The position numbers and the translations under genes are program-made. Below the pieces are notes generated by a model. The model was not told where the DNA came from, searched no databases, and worked only from the letters and a program-made list of their open reading frames with translations. From Octopus sinensis (lineage: Eukaryota), in contig NC_043006.1 of NCBI RefSeq assembly GCF_006345805.1, positions 5,456,001-5,520,000 on the forward strand: DNA of 64,000 bases, written 5' to 3'. The number at the start of each line of letters is the position of its first letter. Positions within the stretch are counted from its first letter, which is position 1. This document shows positions 28,801 through 42,100 of this stretch, piece by piece.

Positions 28801-30064
28801 GTCAATGTACAAATTTCCATTTTTCTCTTGTACAAAGTGAAATGCTTTATTCTGTCAGACGGTTATATATTATTTACACTACATCGTTAAACAAAAATTT
28901 TACCACACAGTCCACCCTATTTAATACATAAAAATGTTTTCAATTTTCCTTACTGAGTCTCCATTAGCCTTTGCAGGCACTCCACTACTAACGAGATGGT
29001 GTTAGTGTTGTGCTTAAACTGTTGCAGGTCAACATAGGCATGAGCAGGAGGAAGATTCCAGAGGGTTGATATTTTGGAGAGGAAACAACCAGGTGTAGCA
29101 GTTAGAGCGTGACAGGGAGTGAGGCGGACATAACAAGGGTGACCAGAAATGGAGAGACAATTGGAGCGAGAGCGTCTGAGTGAATGTGATACGAGAGCCA
29201 CTAATTTCGAGAAACAAGAGTTCTTATCGTCACGATAGAAAAAGGGAGAGGTGGGAGAGAGTAGACCAGTGGATCAGGCATTTTATTCAGTTTTATTTTC
29301 TTTAATACCAAAGAGTCTGGTGGCTCTTCTCTGGAGGCGCAATGGCCCAGTGGTTAGGGCAGCGGACTCGCGGTCGTAGGATCGCGGTTTCGATTCCCAA
29401 ACCGGGCGTTGTGAGTGTTTATTGAGCGAAAACACCTAAAGCTCCACGAGGCTCCGGCAGGGGATGGTGGTGATCCCTGCTGTACTCTTTCACCACAACT
29501 TTCTCTCACTCTTCCTTCCTGTTTCTGTTGTACCTGTATTTCAAAGGGCCGGCCTTGTCACTCTCTGTGTCACGCTGAATATCCCCGAGAACTACGTTAA
29601 GGGTACACGTGTCTGTGGAGTGCTCAGCCACTTACACGCTAATTTCACGAGCAGGCTGTTCCGTTGATTCGGATCAACCAGAACCCTCGTCGTCGTAACC
29701 GACGGAGTGCTTCAAGAAGAAGAAGTGGCTCTTCTCTGGATGCGGATGCAGTCCAGAATTTATGCATACCTATTAGTGATATTGTCGCTGATGTGAGAGC
29801 GGTATTCAGTGCCGGGCCTCTCTGAAACCTTCTGCAGTGCCGGCAACTGTTAAGGTCTGAAATATTTTCTGACCAGAAAGAGAAGGATCATTCTTTTAAA
29901 TGCAATCCTAAGTTTAGAATCTAATTTCATCAGTGATTCTCAGTGATAGCGAGGATAATAGAATTCAGAATGACTTCTCACTCATATTTAGCAGAAGCGT
30001 TGTGCGATCGTGTTTCCTTGATATGTGTAGTGCTGTGAAAAGTGACAAGATTGGTATGCTCCCT

Positions 30065-30115
<51 letters not shown>

Positions 30116-33100
30116 GGATATCCTCAAAGTCTCCGTTCGTGTAATCGATGCTGGTTTAACTTACGGCGTTTAAGTTGCACGTTAGAGAACAAAGAAAAGA
30201 ACATATTGTCTGCATAAGAGTGGGTTACTGGATGTTGTGGAAAATAGGTCAATGATACGTAGAAGCAAGACATTTGAGGACAAAACCGAACCATAAGTCA
30301 CACCAGAACTTATCGACGATGGAGCAGAAGGAACACCTACTATACCTGTCATGATACTGTAAGCCGATAGGAAACTTCTGACACAAAAAATGAGAGACCG
30401 GTAGGGCCTGAAATCGAGAAACTTTTTAATTAGTGTGCTAACATAGATTAAGGCTTGGTTAATGTTTGGGGCAACCAACGTTCCTTTTATCGAACTTCCC
30501 CAAATGAGAGCCTTCTGGTAAATAACATATGAGATTCGTAGGTCTCTAGTGAATGTTGGTCACCATGGACAGGTTTAGGATGAAGTATTACGTCATTTGT
30601 TTCCATTACTTTAGAATATATTCTTTATATAGAATGTGTGAAAAATCTCAATGACACGGCTTTTGCTGCAGCAAAACACAAATTAAATAAGCGATTATTT
30701 TTCAGTCGGAAATCAAAAGTGTGCTTTGGGTTCGATTTGCCAAGAATTTAGTCGCTTTGTCTGAGACGTCTATAGTTCAATATATTGACACATGACATTT
30801 TCATTTTAAGAGTCAGTTGTCAATTTCGACCTGTTTACATAACATTGCGAACAATTTCCGTTCTGCATTTCTTTTTATGAATTATCATTGCTGCTATTGC
30901 AGGGTATTCTGGCCAGTTTGCTGGAAGTAGCCTGTTTGAGTGTACTCTTCATAGAGTTCGCTCCACTTTTTCCCGCCCATATATTGCTATTGTTGTCTGG
31001 ATCAGTGTACTCTGTGCCTGCCATAAACGAATATATTAAACAAAGAAGAATAACGAATGTAAGTATTTAGCTATTTTCTCTAACATTTCTTTTTTATGTT
31101 TGAACGAAATATGGAAATGGTTTTATCGGGGGAGAGACGGGATTTGGTCGGAAAATAATCAAACATGTAACTAGAAAAGATAACATGTTTCGGTTATCTG
31201 CGAGTGTTTTTTTTGCCCATAATGATAATCTATGAATACTGAGCTCTCTAAAACTACACCTAATCATGCTAAGGCCTCAAATGTTATGCCTACAGAGCAC
31301 TTGACAATTTCCAGCAGCACCACTCCTACCTGGACCTAAACTATCCACAACAAACTTATAAGACATAACAAAAATACACAAAACAGTACTCTCTAAATCA
31401 TAACAGATGGTACTGGACCATACCTAATGACCAATTACTCATTGAAATAAAACTACAAAACACTAAATACCAAGATATGCAAGCGATATTGCTTGTTGCT
31501 CACAATGCCTGTCCCCATAGGGAAAACTACCTCCAGATAAACATATACTTATACAACACTGCAGTTATTACTACAATAACATAAGAATAAAACTATTTCT
31601 CCCATTCATCTGAATGGGAGAAATACACTCCAGATACAACACACACTCAATTATCATCGATAGCTACTCTGACCCGCAATACTCTGCAGGAATGCATATT
31701 ACCAGCAATAAGGGTTGAGGTACACCTTACCCACTTCGCCTATATTCAGCACCGGATACAAGTGTATAGAAATAGCTTGAACAACGGAAAGTGCGCAATT
31801 CACTCAGGAATACACTCCATATGATAGAGTGTGTAGTATGGTCCCCAGTTCAGTGGAAACATTGTTCAAGAGGGAAACGAGCCTGTAGGTTGGGCCTCGT
31901 CTATCGATCGACTGTGGCGCACCATAGAACTGCTCAATTCAGACTAACTTGGGAACAAATCAACAACAACACTATATATTTGATTTATGTTTGATGGGAT
32001 CTCAGTGCTGAGTTGCAATCCTTCAGTAATCCCAGAGAAGACAAAAACATAACTGCCACAGAATATTTTAGCTTGAATCACAGCACGAATTTTTATATTA
32101 GGGTCCAAACAGGTTATAGTTTCGAAATGCCACTTAATTCAGTACCTGCAAGCCAACAGACTCTACGTAGTCGCTTAACTTGCTAGAAATAACATTCACA
32201 TCTCCCACAAATAACAGTCCACAGTTTTAAATAAATAAGGGAATAAATGGTAATACAAAAGAATGGGTGGTTTCTGCTATTATACCATCGATCCCGTGTC
32301 TGCTCAATCAAAGGTGACTTTGAGTTAAAAAGCAATAATATCGGATCTAATGCCATCACCGCAACTATTATCATAGGGTTTTTCAATTTTATAATTTTAC
32401 ACTTGTTAAATGAATGTATTCAAAATATTCTCTAACAGTAATTTGTTTCAAACTTTTATCCTTTGTGCATTTTAAATATTAATCAATGTTTCTGCTATAA
32501 TAATATTAATCAAATGAAATCCAATGCCGGTATATATACTTCAATTTTTCTTTTTCAGAAAACAAAATTGCTTGAAGACGAATGTATTAACAATGGTGGT
32601 TTTAAAGTGTCCCCATCTCCCGATCATCTAAAGACCAAAGTTCCTTTAAAACCTGCCATATTTTGTTTGAGTATTTTGATACCATTAATTATATCTGGAA
32701 TCCTTTTTACCTGGTCTCCATACAAACTTCATCTCCTACATGTTTTTCTCTTACCTATTATCCTCCTTCTATTATCCATTTTATGGACACCAAAAGTACA
32801 AGTGGATTTTTATCGTTCCTCGGATGGTCGAATGGATAGCCGCCGAAAAACCTCAATGATGTATGCAATTGTGAAAACAATCGCAGTTCCTTTTTGCATT
32901 TCAATTGTCCTCCTGACACGTTTTAAAGACCTGCGATCGTTATATTTTATTGATTTTATTTCTGATGGATTTCACCAGCTCTCCTATTTCCACGTGTATA
33001 TCCTTGTGATCCTAATTTCTTTAGCCGGCATGTTTGTTGTCTTAACTGGACTTCTTTGTGCAAAGGTAACAGAAAAATTAGATTTATTCATTTTAAAGCT

Positions 33101-36100
33101 AATATCATAAATTTGATATTAGGTGAGATATTCATAACAAAAAAGCCGTTCGATTCACTTCAACATTTAAGTTTAATTTGTCAGAATATTTTCGTCGCTA
33201 TAAGACCGCGACCTGTTCACTGACAAAAATGCAGCACGGATTTTTGTCATAACTAAAATAATTCCAAGAACTCTATTGTTAGCATAGTTTGTATCGTATG
33301 AGAATGCAATTGTCTTTGGAAGAAATATTCCATCGTCCGCCCTCGTTTTATCTTTAGTCTGGATACCACCGTTATTTTTCTGTGAAGTGATTCTCTTGCA
33401 ACCCATGAGCAGCCAGCGAGCAATTTTCTCCGAGATTGATTGATCTCATTAAAACTAAGTCGGGGTTGTTTACAGTTTAAATACATTCTATTATATCGTT
33501 TTAGCATTAAATACATTCTATTATATAATTTTAGCATCAAATATAGTTGTAGCATTATATAGTTTTAGAATTAAATACATCGAAAGCCTATAGTGAGATT
33601 ATGACACACCATAATTCTTTGTGTACCAGGGACATTTTCCGATTAGTATTATATGAAGAATATTGATCCTCAGTTCCAATTTTATATTGTTTGTACAGTT
33701 GTTAATACAATCTTTTGCGTTGAAAAATAAAGAAGTTGACAAACTCAGTATGTCGACAACACTTTATGGAATTCAGAATACATTGCTATTGCCCAAAATG
33801 CCCTTTAGAACAATTTGTGCAATACTGGAGTGGTTTTAGTCATCCAATTATGACAATATTCTAAGCACGACAATCAGAACTACCTTTTCTCTCAGTTAAT
33901 TTTGCCGAGGTATTAAATTAAATACTTGGACGTTTCCAGCTGATGGCTATAAAAGTTATTGGCTGATAGGATCTCGAGCAAATGGACTTTTGCCTCGAAG
34001 GTGATAAAACGGCGGCATTCCAGACTCACTTTAAATTATGTAGTGGGAGATTACGAGATCTAGTTGCTTATTATCATCTAAAGTGATTTCTCGATAGACA
34101 AATAAGTGTAACTATATCCTGAAGCTGTTTATCGAATATTTGAATTCAGATTTCAATGTTCAATTAGATTTCACAAAATCTTCATTAGATTTCATACAAT
34201 ACTTGACCGTATTTGTCAAGTTAGTTGTGTGAAATAACTTAATATCTCTAACATTATGGTCCTAATTGTAGAAATTACTGCCACAAGTTTTAATCGTGCT
34301 TCTAGTATTCACCATCTGTATTCTCTCTTTTACATAGATGGGACTCACTACGACAGGTATGCTAATTCCATCAATGATGTCAATGCCGACGGTTATTGGA
34401 ATCAACTTATTACAATGTTTATCAGTTGAGGAAGATTATTGCAACGACTATAATCTTTGGATTATTGTATCATCCATTCTTGCGGCATTAGTTTGGTTTT
34501 TGCCATTATTAATCTACGGAGCAACGTTTACGCGACCAAGCGACATCTTGCTGAAACCATTCCAAGAATCCTTTCTACAATTTAGTTGGATTCCCCTTTT
34601 CCTTGACCAGTATTTAATTCTTAATTATTACCCTGATGGTTTTGGCTGCTCTCAACAGTCTGAGATCTTTGGCGACCTCAATACAGCGAAGTGCAAAAGT
34701 AAAGTATTTATCTGTACCACTATGTATAATGAGAAAGAAAGTGAAATGAAAAGACTTTTACATAGTTTGTATAACGTAGCAAAATCACCAAATCTGCAAT
34801 ATGTTTACAAGGAAGCTCACATTTTTATGGATAACGGTTCAAAAGATAATTGCCTTACCAAGAACTCGATGACACTTATTTCGTTGATTAAATCCCTTGA
34901 TAGTATAAGACTGAACTCTTTAAAAACGTATCTCACTCCATATGGTGTTCAAATGAACTGGACTTTAACAAATGATTTCCAGTTTTATGTACACTTCAAG
35001 GATTGTCAGAAGTTTAAGGCAAAGAAACGCTGGAGTCAAGTGATGTATATGAATTATATTTTGAACTATAGATGTAAAATTTTAGATTTCAGGCAAGATG
35101 CCAGGCAAACCTTTCATACGATGGAAAGTGTGCCAGAATATTTGTTAGGTGATATAAAATGCTCAGCTGATCGACTGCATAGTGGCTCGTTGAAACAAGA
35201 TGAGACAAACAGAAAAATATCAGAAAATGAAAATTATACTGGGAAATCAATAAGAAATAAAAAGAGACAGTCAAATCCCTCTTCCGTTTTAAAGATGGAA
35301 CTCGGAAAGTTACAATGTCTGTTAAAATCGAACTATAATGTTCAATATGAGAACATTGATGCCTCTTCTTGCAAACAAAAGATGCATTCGGAATATTCAA
35401 AGGCACCAATCATTCAGACCGTATCGAATGTTTTAGAATTATTAAATAAAAGGCAATATTCCAGATACATGACGGTAAATTCTGAGTTACCCTTTCAGAT
35501 TACAAATGAAGAATCTTCAAGTGAAGAATCAGGGATTCAGTCAATAGCTAATGCAATATCGGTAGACAGTTCGGAATTCTCTCCGGGAATTACATCTGAA
35601 GATGATATAATAGATGCTTCTGGAAATGAAGATGAAAGCACAGATGTGTCCTCATCGAACGATGATCACACAGTCATAAATAAGGAACCAGTAAATAGTT
35701 GTATAGAAAAGAATAATTCTGATCCTTTAACACTTCAGGTAAAGAACACAAGACAAATCATATCCCAGACTGACAGAACATCATCTGTTAGCAAAACCGT
35801 TTCCTTTCCAATAATGTCCCCATTAGTGACATGTCCTGATAAATCTGCGCCAGTCCCATCTACTAACTGCTTCAGCCCCATTTATAACTATAGTTTTGAC
35901 TTAACGCCAAAACATTTCATGATTGAAAAACCATTTTGGAATAGAAAGATGCAATATGATATGAAACATTGCAGTAAAAGCACCAAACCAACAGAAAACA
36001 AAAGAAATTCTCTGAATTCTTCGACAGAGCCAATATCATCAATTTCAAAACCGTCTCCAAGAATGCTTCCGATTTCTTATAAAGCTGCTTCAGAAATCTC

Positions 36101-39100
36101 ACAGCACAAATCATCGTTGAATTCCAGTTATTTTGATGACTATACTTACATACTTGCCACGGACGCTGATATGGAATTTGACGACAAGAGTCTTGCTCGA
36201 CTCATTGACCTTTGCAATCGTGATAAAAATATAGGAGGCGCTTGTGGTAGAACCTCGCCAATAGGACACTGCAATACTCCGGTGGTCTGGTACCAAAAGT
36301 TTGAATATGCTAAAGGTATATCAGTGACTAAACTCACTTCTCTTTCCCGCGTTCACATGCATTCAAGTATAGGAACACATACACACGTACACACTCATCA
36401 GACATAAATATATCTGATGAGATGGATGTGTCCCACGCGTTCCAGAAACTTTAGGTCACGAGGAGCTATGGCAAGCTGTTATTATACATGGCACACACAC
36501 ACACACATACATACACACAGCTAAACCAAGAGATTCAGTAGATTAATTCTCTTGTTAATTCATGAATTAATTTTTCATCATCTACTATAAACACACAAAT
36601 GTCTTCCCTTTAGGAGGTGGAACTGGACCAAAGTCTAAAATATTTTATTAATTAGCATAAGATTATGAGTAACAATGTTATGACTTTCCTTAGTTTAAAA
36701 TTTATATTTTACTATATTAGTCTTGCATAATCTGAATAATAGATCCATTTTTGTCAGAAAGGTCACTTACAATTAATTTAACGATGTATAATTCTAATGT
36801 TGCAATGGATGCATCTATAAGTAATTAGCAAAGTATTTAACAGAGAAAGTCACAGTCGGTTCACTTAATTCAAAACAATATGGTCCAGTCAGAGCAATCG
36901 ATTCAACCGAGTACAAGAAATTAAATGGGCCGTTAGATATCCCATTACGGGTACTGCCAAACTGTCAATATTACAGTCTACATAAGGCAGCGAGCTGGTA
37001 GAATCGTTAGCACGCTGTGAAAAATGCTTAGCAGCATTTCGTCCGTCTTTACGTTCTGAGATCAAATTCCGCCGAGGTCGGTTTTGCCTTTCATCCTTTC
37101 GGGGTCGATAGAATAAGTACCAGTTGAGCACTGGGGACAATGTTATCGAATTGCTCTCTTTCCCGGCGTTGCTGGCCTTGTGTCAAAATTTGAAATTAAT
37201 ATTAGTCTCTACCTAACTGTAAGTAGGTTCTATTCCTTCTGCAAGGAAAGTTACTTGAAATACTCGTGGCACTCCGTCGGTTGCGACGACGAGGATTCCA
37301 GTTGATCCGATCAACGAAACAGCCTGCTCGTGAAATAAAACGTGCAAGTGGCTGAGTACTCCAAAGACACGTGTACATTTAATGTAGTTCTCAGGGAGAT
37401 TCAGCGTGACACAGAGAGTGACAAAACTGGCTCTTTGAAATACAGGTACAACAGAAACAAGAAGAAAAGTGAGTAAAAGTTGTTATGAAAGAGTACAGCA
37501 AGGTTCGCCACTACTCCCTGCCGGAGACTCGTGGAGCTTTCGGTGTTTTCGTTCAATAAACACTCACAACGCCCGGTCTGGGAGTCGAAACCGCAATCCT
37601 ACGACCGCGAGTCCGTTGCCCAAACCACTGGGCCATTACGCCTCCACGCTACTTGAAATAGATGGGAGCTCTATCGAGACAGAAGATTAGTTTTTATTTG
37701 TTGAATGGCTCCGAAATTCAAACAAAAACATTCCTTCTCTATGGACCTGCAAACGCCCTTACATCATCACCATTCCACATGTAGCCACATGTAGCCAAAC
37801 ACTATACTGTGTATAAATAAACTCCCTGTTTTGCAACTAAGACAACACATCTTTATATATAAAACTGTAGTTGTGTGTGTGTGTCTGTCTACTCCGATTT
37901 AGATTCCTAACTACTCCCACATTTTGCGGTGCAGTTTAACCAAAAGCGGGTATCTTATAGTCGTGATTCATATCGAGCCCTTCTGGGTATTAGCGCGCGT
38001 CTACGATGAGTCTACGATTTAAAAAAAAATTACCATCATTTTTCCGCATTTTTAATCCATTTTTGTTCGGTTTATATAAGGGAAGTAACTCTCTAAAAAT
38101 GCTTATATAGTTATTTCCCTTAAAAACCCAAGCAACGCCGGGCGATACTGCTAGTATAACATAAAATAATGACAAACGATAAGATTAACTTTTTGACTGA
38201 TTAACATTTAATTTTCGGTTTTTAGATTTCTGGATGATCAAGAGCTCGCAAAATGTCATCGGCTGCGTCATGTGTTGTCCGGGTTGTTTCAGTTTGTATC
38301 GCGCCACAGCAATACAAGATGTCATGGATACGTATTGTGAACCAATTCAGTCGGAGTTTGACGTATTTGTCAAAGACCATGGTAAAATTCAAATACTACA
38401 TGCAATTAAGAATTCCTTTGTTTTGTTTTCTGTTTTGATATCTCATGCTCATCAAATACGAATTACGTTATATATAGTGGTTATATTGATATTATAAGAT
38501 TATAGTAGAGGATTAGATCAGACTCATGATGTGTAATAGTTGTGCATAGAATATGTGTGCGTGTGAAGGAAAGTCGATTTGATATACAACTTTAATAATA
38601 CTCAACTGTGAAAACAATTCATCACTGAATGGAAACTTATGAATTAGTAAGGGAGGAATTACAACTGTGTTTCGTGGTCTGCTACCACAACAGCTCCTTT
38701 ATAGGATCCAGTTAGCTCAAGACATCATCAGGAGAAACCACGTCCGGTTTCGGTCCCTACTCCTCTACCGTTTTGACGTAGCGGGGCCCCCACTTTCGGA
38801 GGTGTCTTCAGCTCTGGAGTTGGATGCATGTCTTCTTTCTTCTGTTCCCTGGCCTCTTCGATGTATCGTCAGCGAGTGTCAGCCGGTGACTGACTGACTT
38901 GTCAAATTTTTCCCTTTAGATACCTGCCGCTAAGCTCCAGCAGGCAGCCACAGCAAGTTGTCACGTGACACTGTCTCACTTTAACTGACTAGTGAAGGCG
39001 CGCAGTCTTAGCATGCAGTAACTAGCATGCAGGGAAATGAAATGGCGGTTGCAAATTACAATACGGGTTCTCGCTTAGTAAGTTACACGAATTTTATTCT

Positions 39101-42100
39101 AGATTGTATTGCACTCATTTAAGTAATAACTTTGTTTTGTTGATTAGTTTTCTATCTACTTCCACTGAGCAGACTTATTATCAAAACCGTTCCGGCCATG
39201 CCAACCAGTCATTTTCTAGCACATTATATATTTAAGGATTCATTATCTAACGGTGAACTTTTTACAATATGGTATGATTTAAGAAAGATTTAACTTTCTT
39301 AAATCAAGCTACCATACTCAGATATGCACAGTTACTAATATGTCAAAGACGTTGAATTCCATAACTGCCAATTCTCACTCGGAATAGCGTGTTGAGTCTC
39401 AGTAAAAGAAAACATTTGGCTATATTCACAAAATATCCCACAAAACATTTTCAGTTCTATGTATATTATTTATATTCTCAGGAATTATTCTATTAGTATT
39501 AATCAGAATAATTGTTTTCTGGATAATCGATTTATTTTCTATATTTGATCTTTTGGTAGAGGCTTGCCGAATGTTAGGTATGCATTATCTACTATAGAAA
39601 TTTTATTTTACATCATTTAGCTTTATTTCTACACTTAAAAATTCAGTTTTGGTAACCTATTGAAACTACTATAATTACTTTGCATTGTAGAGGCACATGG
39701 CCTAGTGGTTAGAGCAGCAGACTCGGGGTCGAGAGATCGCGAGTTCGAATCTCAGACCGGGTGGTGTGTGTGTTTATGAGTGAAACACCTAAGCTCCACG
39801 CGGCTCTGGCAGAAGGTAATGGCGAACTTCTGCTGACTCTTTCGCCACAGCTTTCTCTCACACTTTCCTCTTGCATCTAGCAGCTCACTTGCGATGGACC
39901 GGCGTCCCGTCCAGGTGGGGAACTTATACGTCAAGGAAACCGGGAAACCGGCCCTTATGAGCCAGGCAAATCTCGAGAAGGGACAACACAAACTACTTTG
40001 CATAACTCTTTACAATTATCAACATAACTGATATTTTTTTACACTTTGGAAAGTTTAAAGCAACAATCTTAATTGCAAATTTTCAATATTTATTAGGGAA
40101 TATTGTAGCTAAATGTAATTAAAATATGTGAAGTCCTATAAACAAATTATCTGTTAATATATTCTTTGTTTGCAGGTGAAGATCGCTGGTTATGTACCTT
40201 AATGATGTTAAAAGGCTGGAAGCTAGAATATTCGTCATATTCACACAACTCAACATTCTGTCCTGATACTTTTCTTGAATTTCTTAAACAGAGAAAGCGC
40301 TGGGTTCTCTCAGAAATGTCAAATTTAATTCTCGTTTTTGGCAACATCAGACGACTGACGCAAAATAATTCAACCTTCACTTTAATTTATATCATTTATA
40401 TCCTGCAGATGTTTCTGTTAGTGATGTTATCACCAGGAACGACCGTTGTTGTTCTCACGATCTCTTTGGATATCCTCTTCGGTTTGTCATGTCTATACAC
40501 GACACCATTTTGCATTGGTAGTTTAATACTTTATTCTGTAATATGTTCCACAAGATCAATAGAAGCCCAGTCAGCGGTGACTTCAGCAATTACCATTTTC
40601 CTTGGAGGCATTGTGCTCTCTGTTAGCGTTGGTTACATGAAATTCTTTGTGGTTGATACAATTGATGGTAAGTCTGCAATGCATGTTTTCTTATTTCGCT
40701 TATTTTCCTAGTAAATGCTATCAAACCAGAAATAAGCTTCCGCCGAACCGAGTCTTGGATGTAGTTCTGATTACCAGTTTTATTTTATTTTGTTTATGTC
40801 CTTAATGCTTTTAGAAAATGAATAAGTATCATAAAATATCCCTTAAATCTGGAGAATTGAATTCAGTTGAGCACTTGAAATGGTGCGTTGTATGACTACT
40901 TAATCAGAGAAACCCATAAATAGGTGATAGCATTATTGACGTCAATGAATTCAAATATCTTAGAAAAGTGGCCACGAAGTCGATTCTCGTCACATTCTCC
41001 TGGGTTTGGACTCAGAGTTGCAATGAAACGAAGCTCTTGTGAGTTATACGATAGCTTTGTTTCCAACACTATTTAATTGTTCATCTATTAGAAGGCATAA
41101 ACTTTAGACGCAAATGAAATATTTAGGGATAAAACTTAAAAAATCGTGAAGTATATTTGCCACCTAAATGTGGCTAACCCATAAGGGTTGATGCTACTGT
41201 AGCTTGTAGCCCCAAGAAGGCATCTCCTCCAGCTGGCTATTGTCACACTCTGTGCCCTATCAATATTTGCAAAGCTTGACGTGATACTCCCGGACCCAAG
41301 TTTCTGGGTATTGACCCGTCATCAACGCGTGACAATCACCGGTTGGCGATGGGAAGTGGTTCTCAATGCAAATATTTATACTTTTTCCAGTGACGAAAAG
41401 TCACTGATCTCGATGTTTTATCGAAATTTATATAACAGTATATTCAGGAATCATAAAGACTACACCCTCAAATCATGAAAGATTTCAAACAGTCAAGATT
41501 GAAAGGATTTGGTCGAGTGATTAGTATCAGTGGAAAATATATCATGTCAAAGAGCTTGCTTCTTACTGCTCCTCAAGTTCGCCATTCTATAGAACAATTC
41601 ACAGAGGCATGTGATGGGGATGATGAGTTTTGTTGCCACGAGGAAGAATGTGCATCTCGATATTTTTAGTGTCATGTGACACTATTATTTTAGCAGAGAA
41701 AATATTATAGCAGAGAAAATATTTTAGCAGAGAAAATATCTTTAAAAATCCTCAAGAGTAATATAACTTCAAAAATGTGATACTATTTCTTGAAGAAGGA
41801 TAAGGTTTTATATTTCATCGCTTCGATAACGTAATGCTTTCAACATAAATGCTTTTCACATATCGCTTCGACTATTAATGCTTTTGACATAAAAAGAACG
41901 TCTTTCAAACAAGAATATGTATGACGGATCATGAGTCAATGATGTTTTGCTAGACCTTGTAATCATGGAATTATTCAGAAAACAGGAAGTTAATTCAAAT
42001 TTGAACTACACAAGACAAAAATCGATTCATTAAGAAAGTATAATTGAGATATACAAGTTTGTGCAAATGCAAACTTGCTGCACAAATGACTTGCAGATGT

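Noticed and set aside
36408-36462. CTGATGA...GAAAC...GTC just after CHS exon 7
   Set aside because: No valid stem II closing pair or stem I; likely chance.
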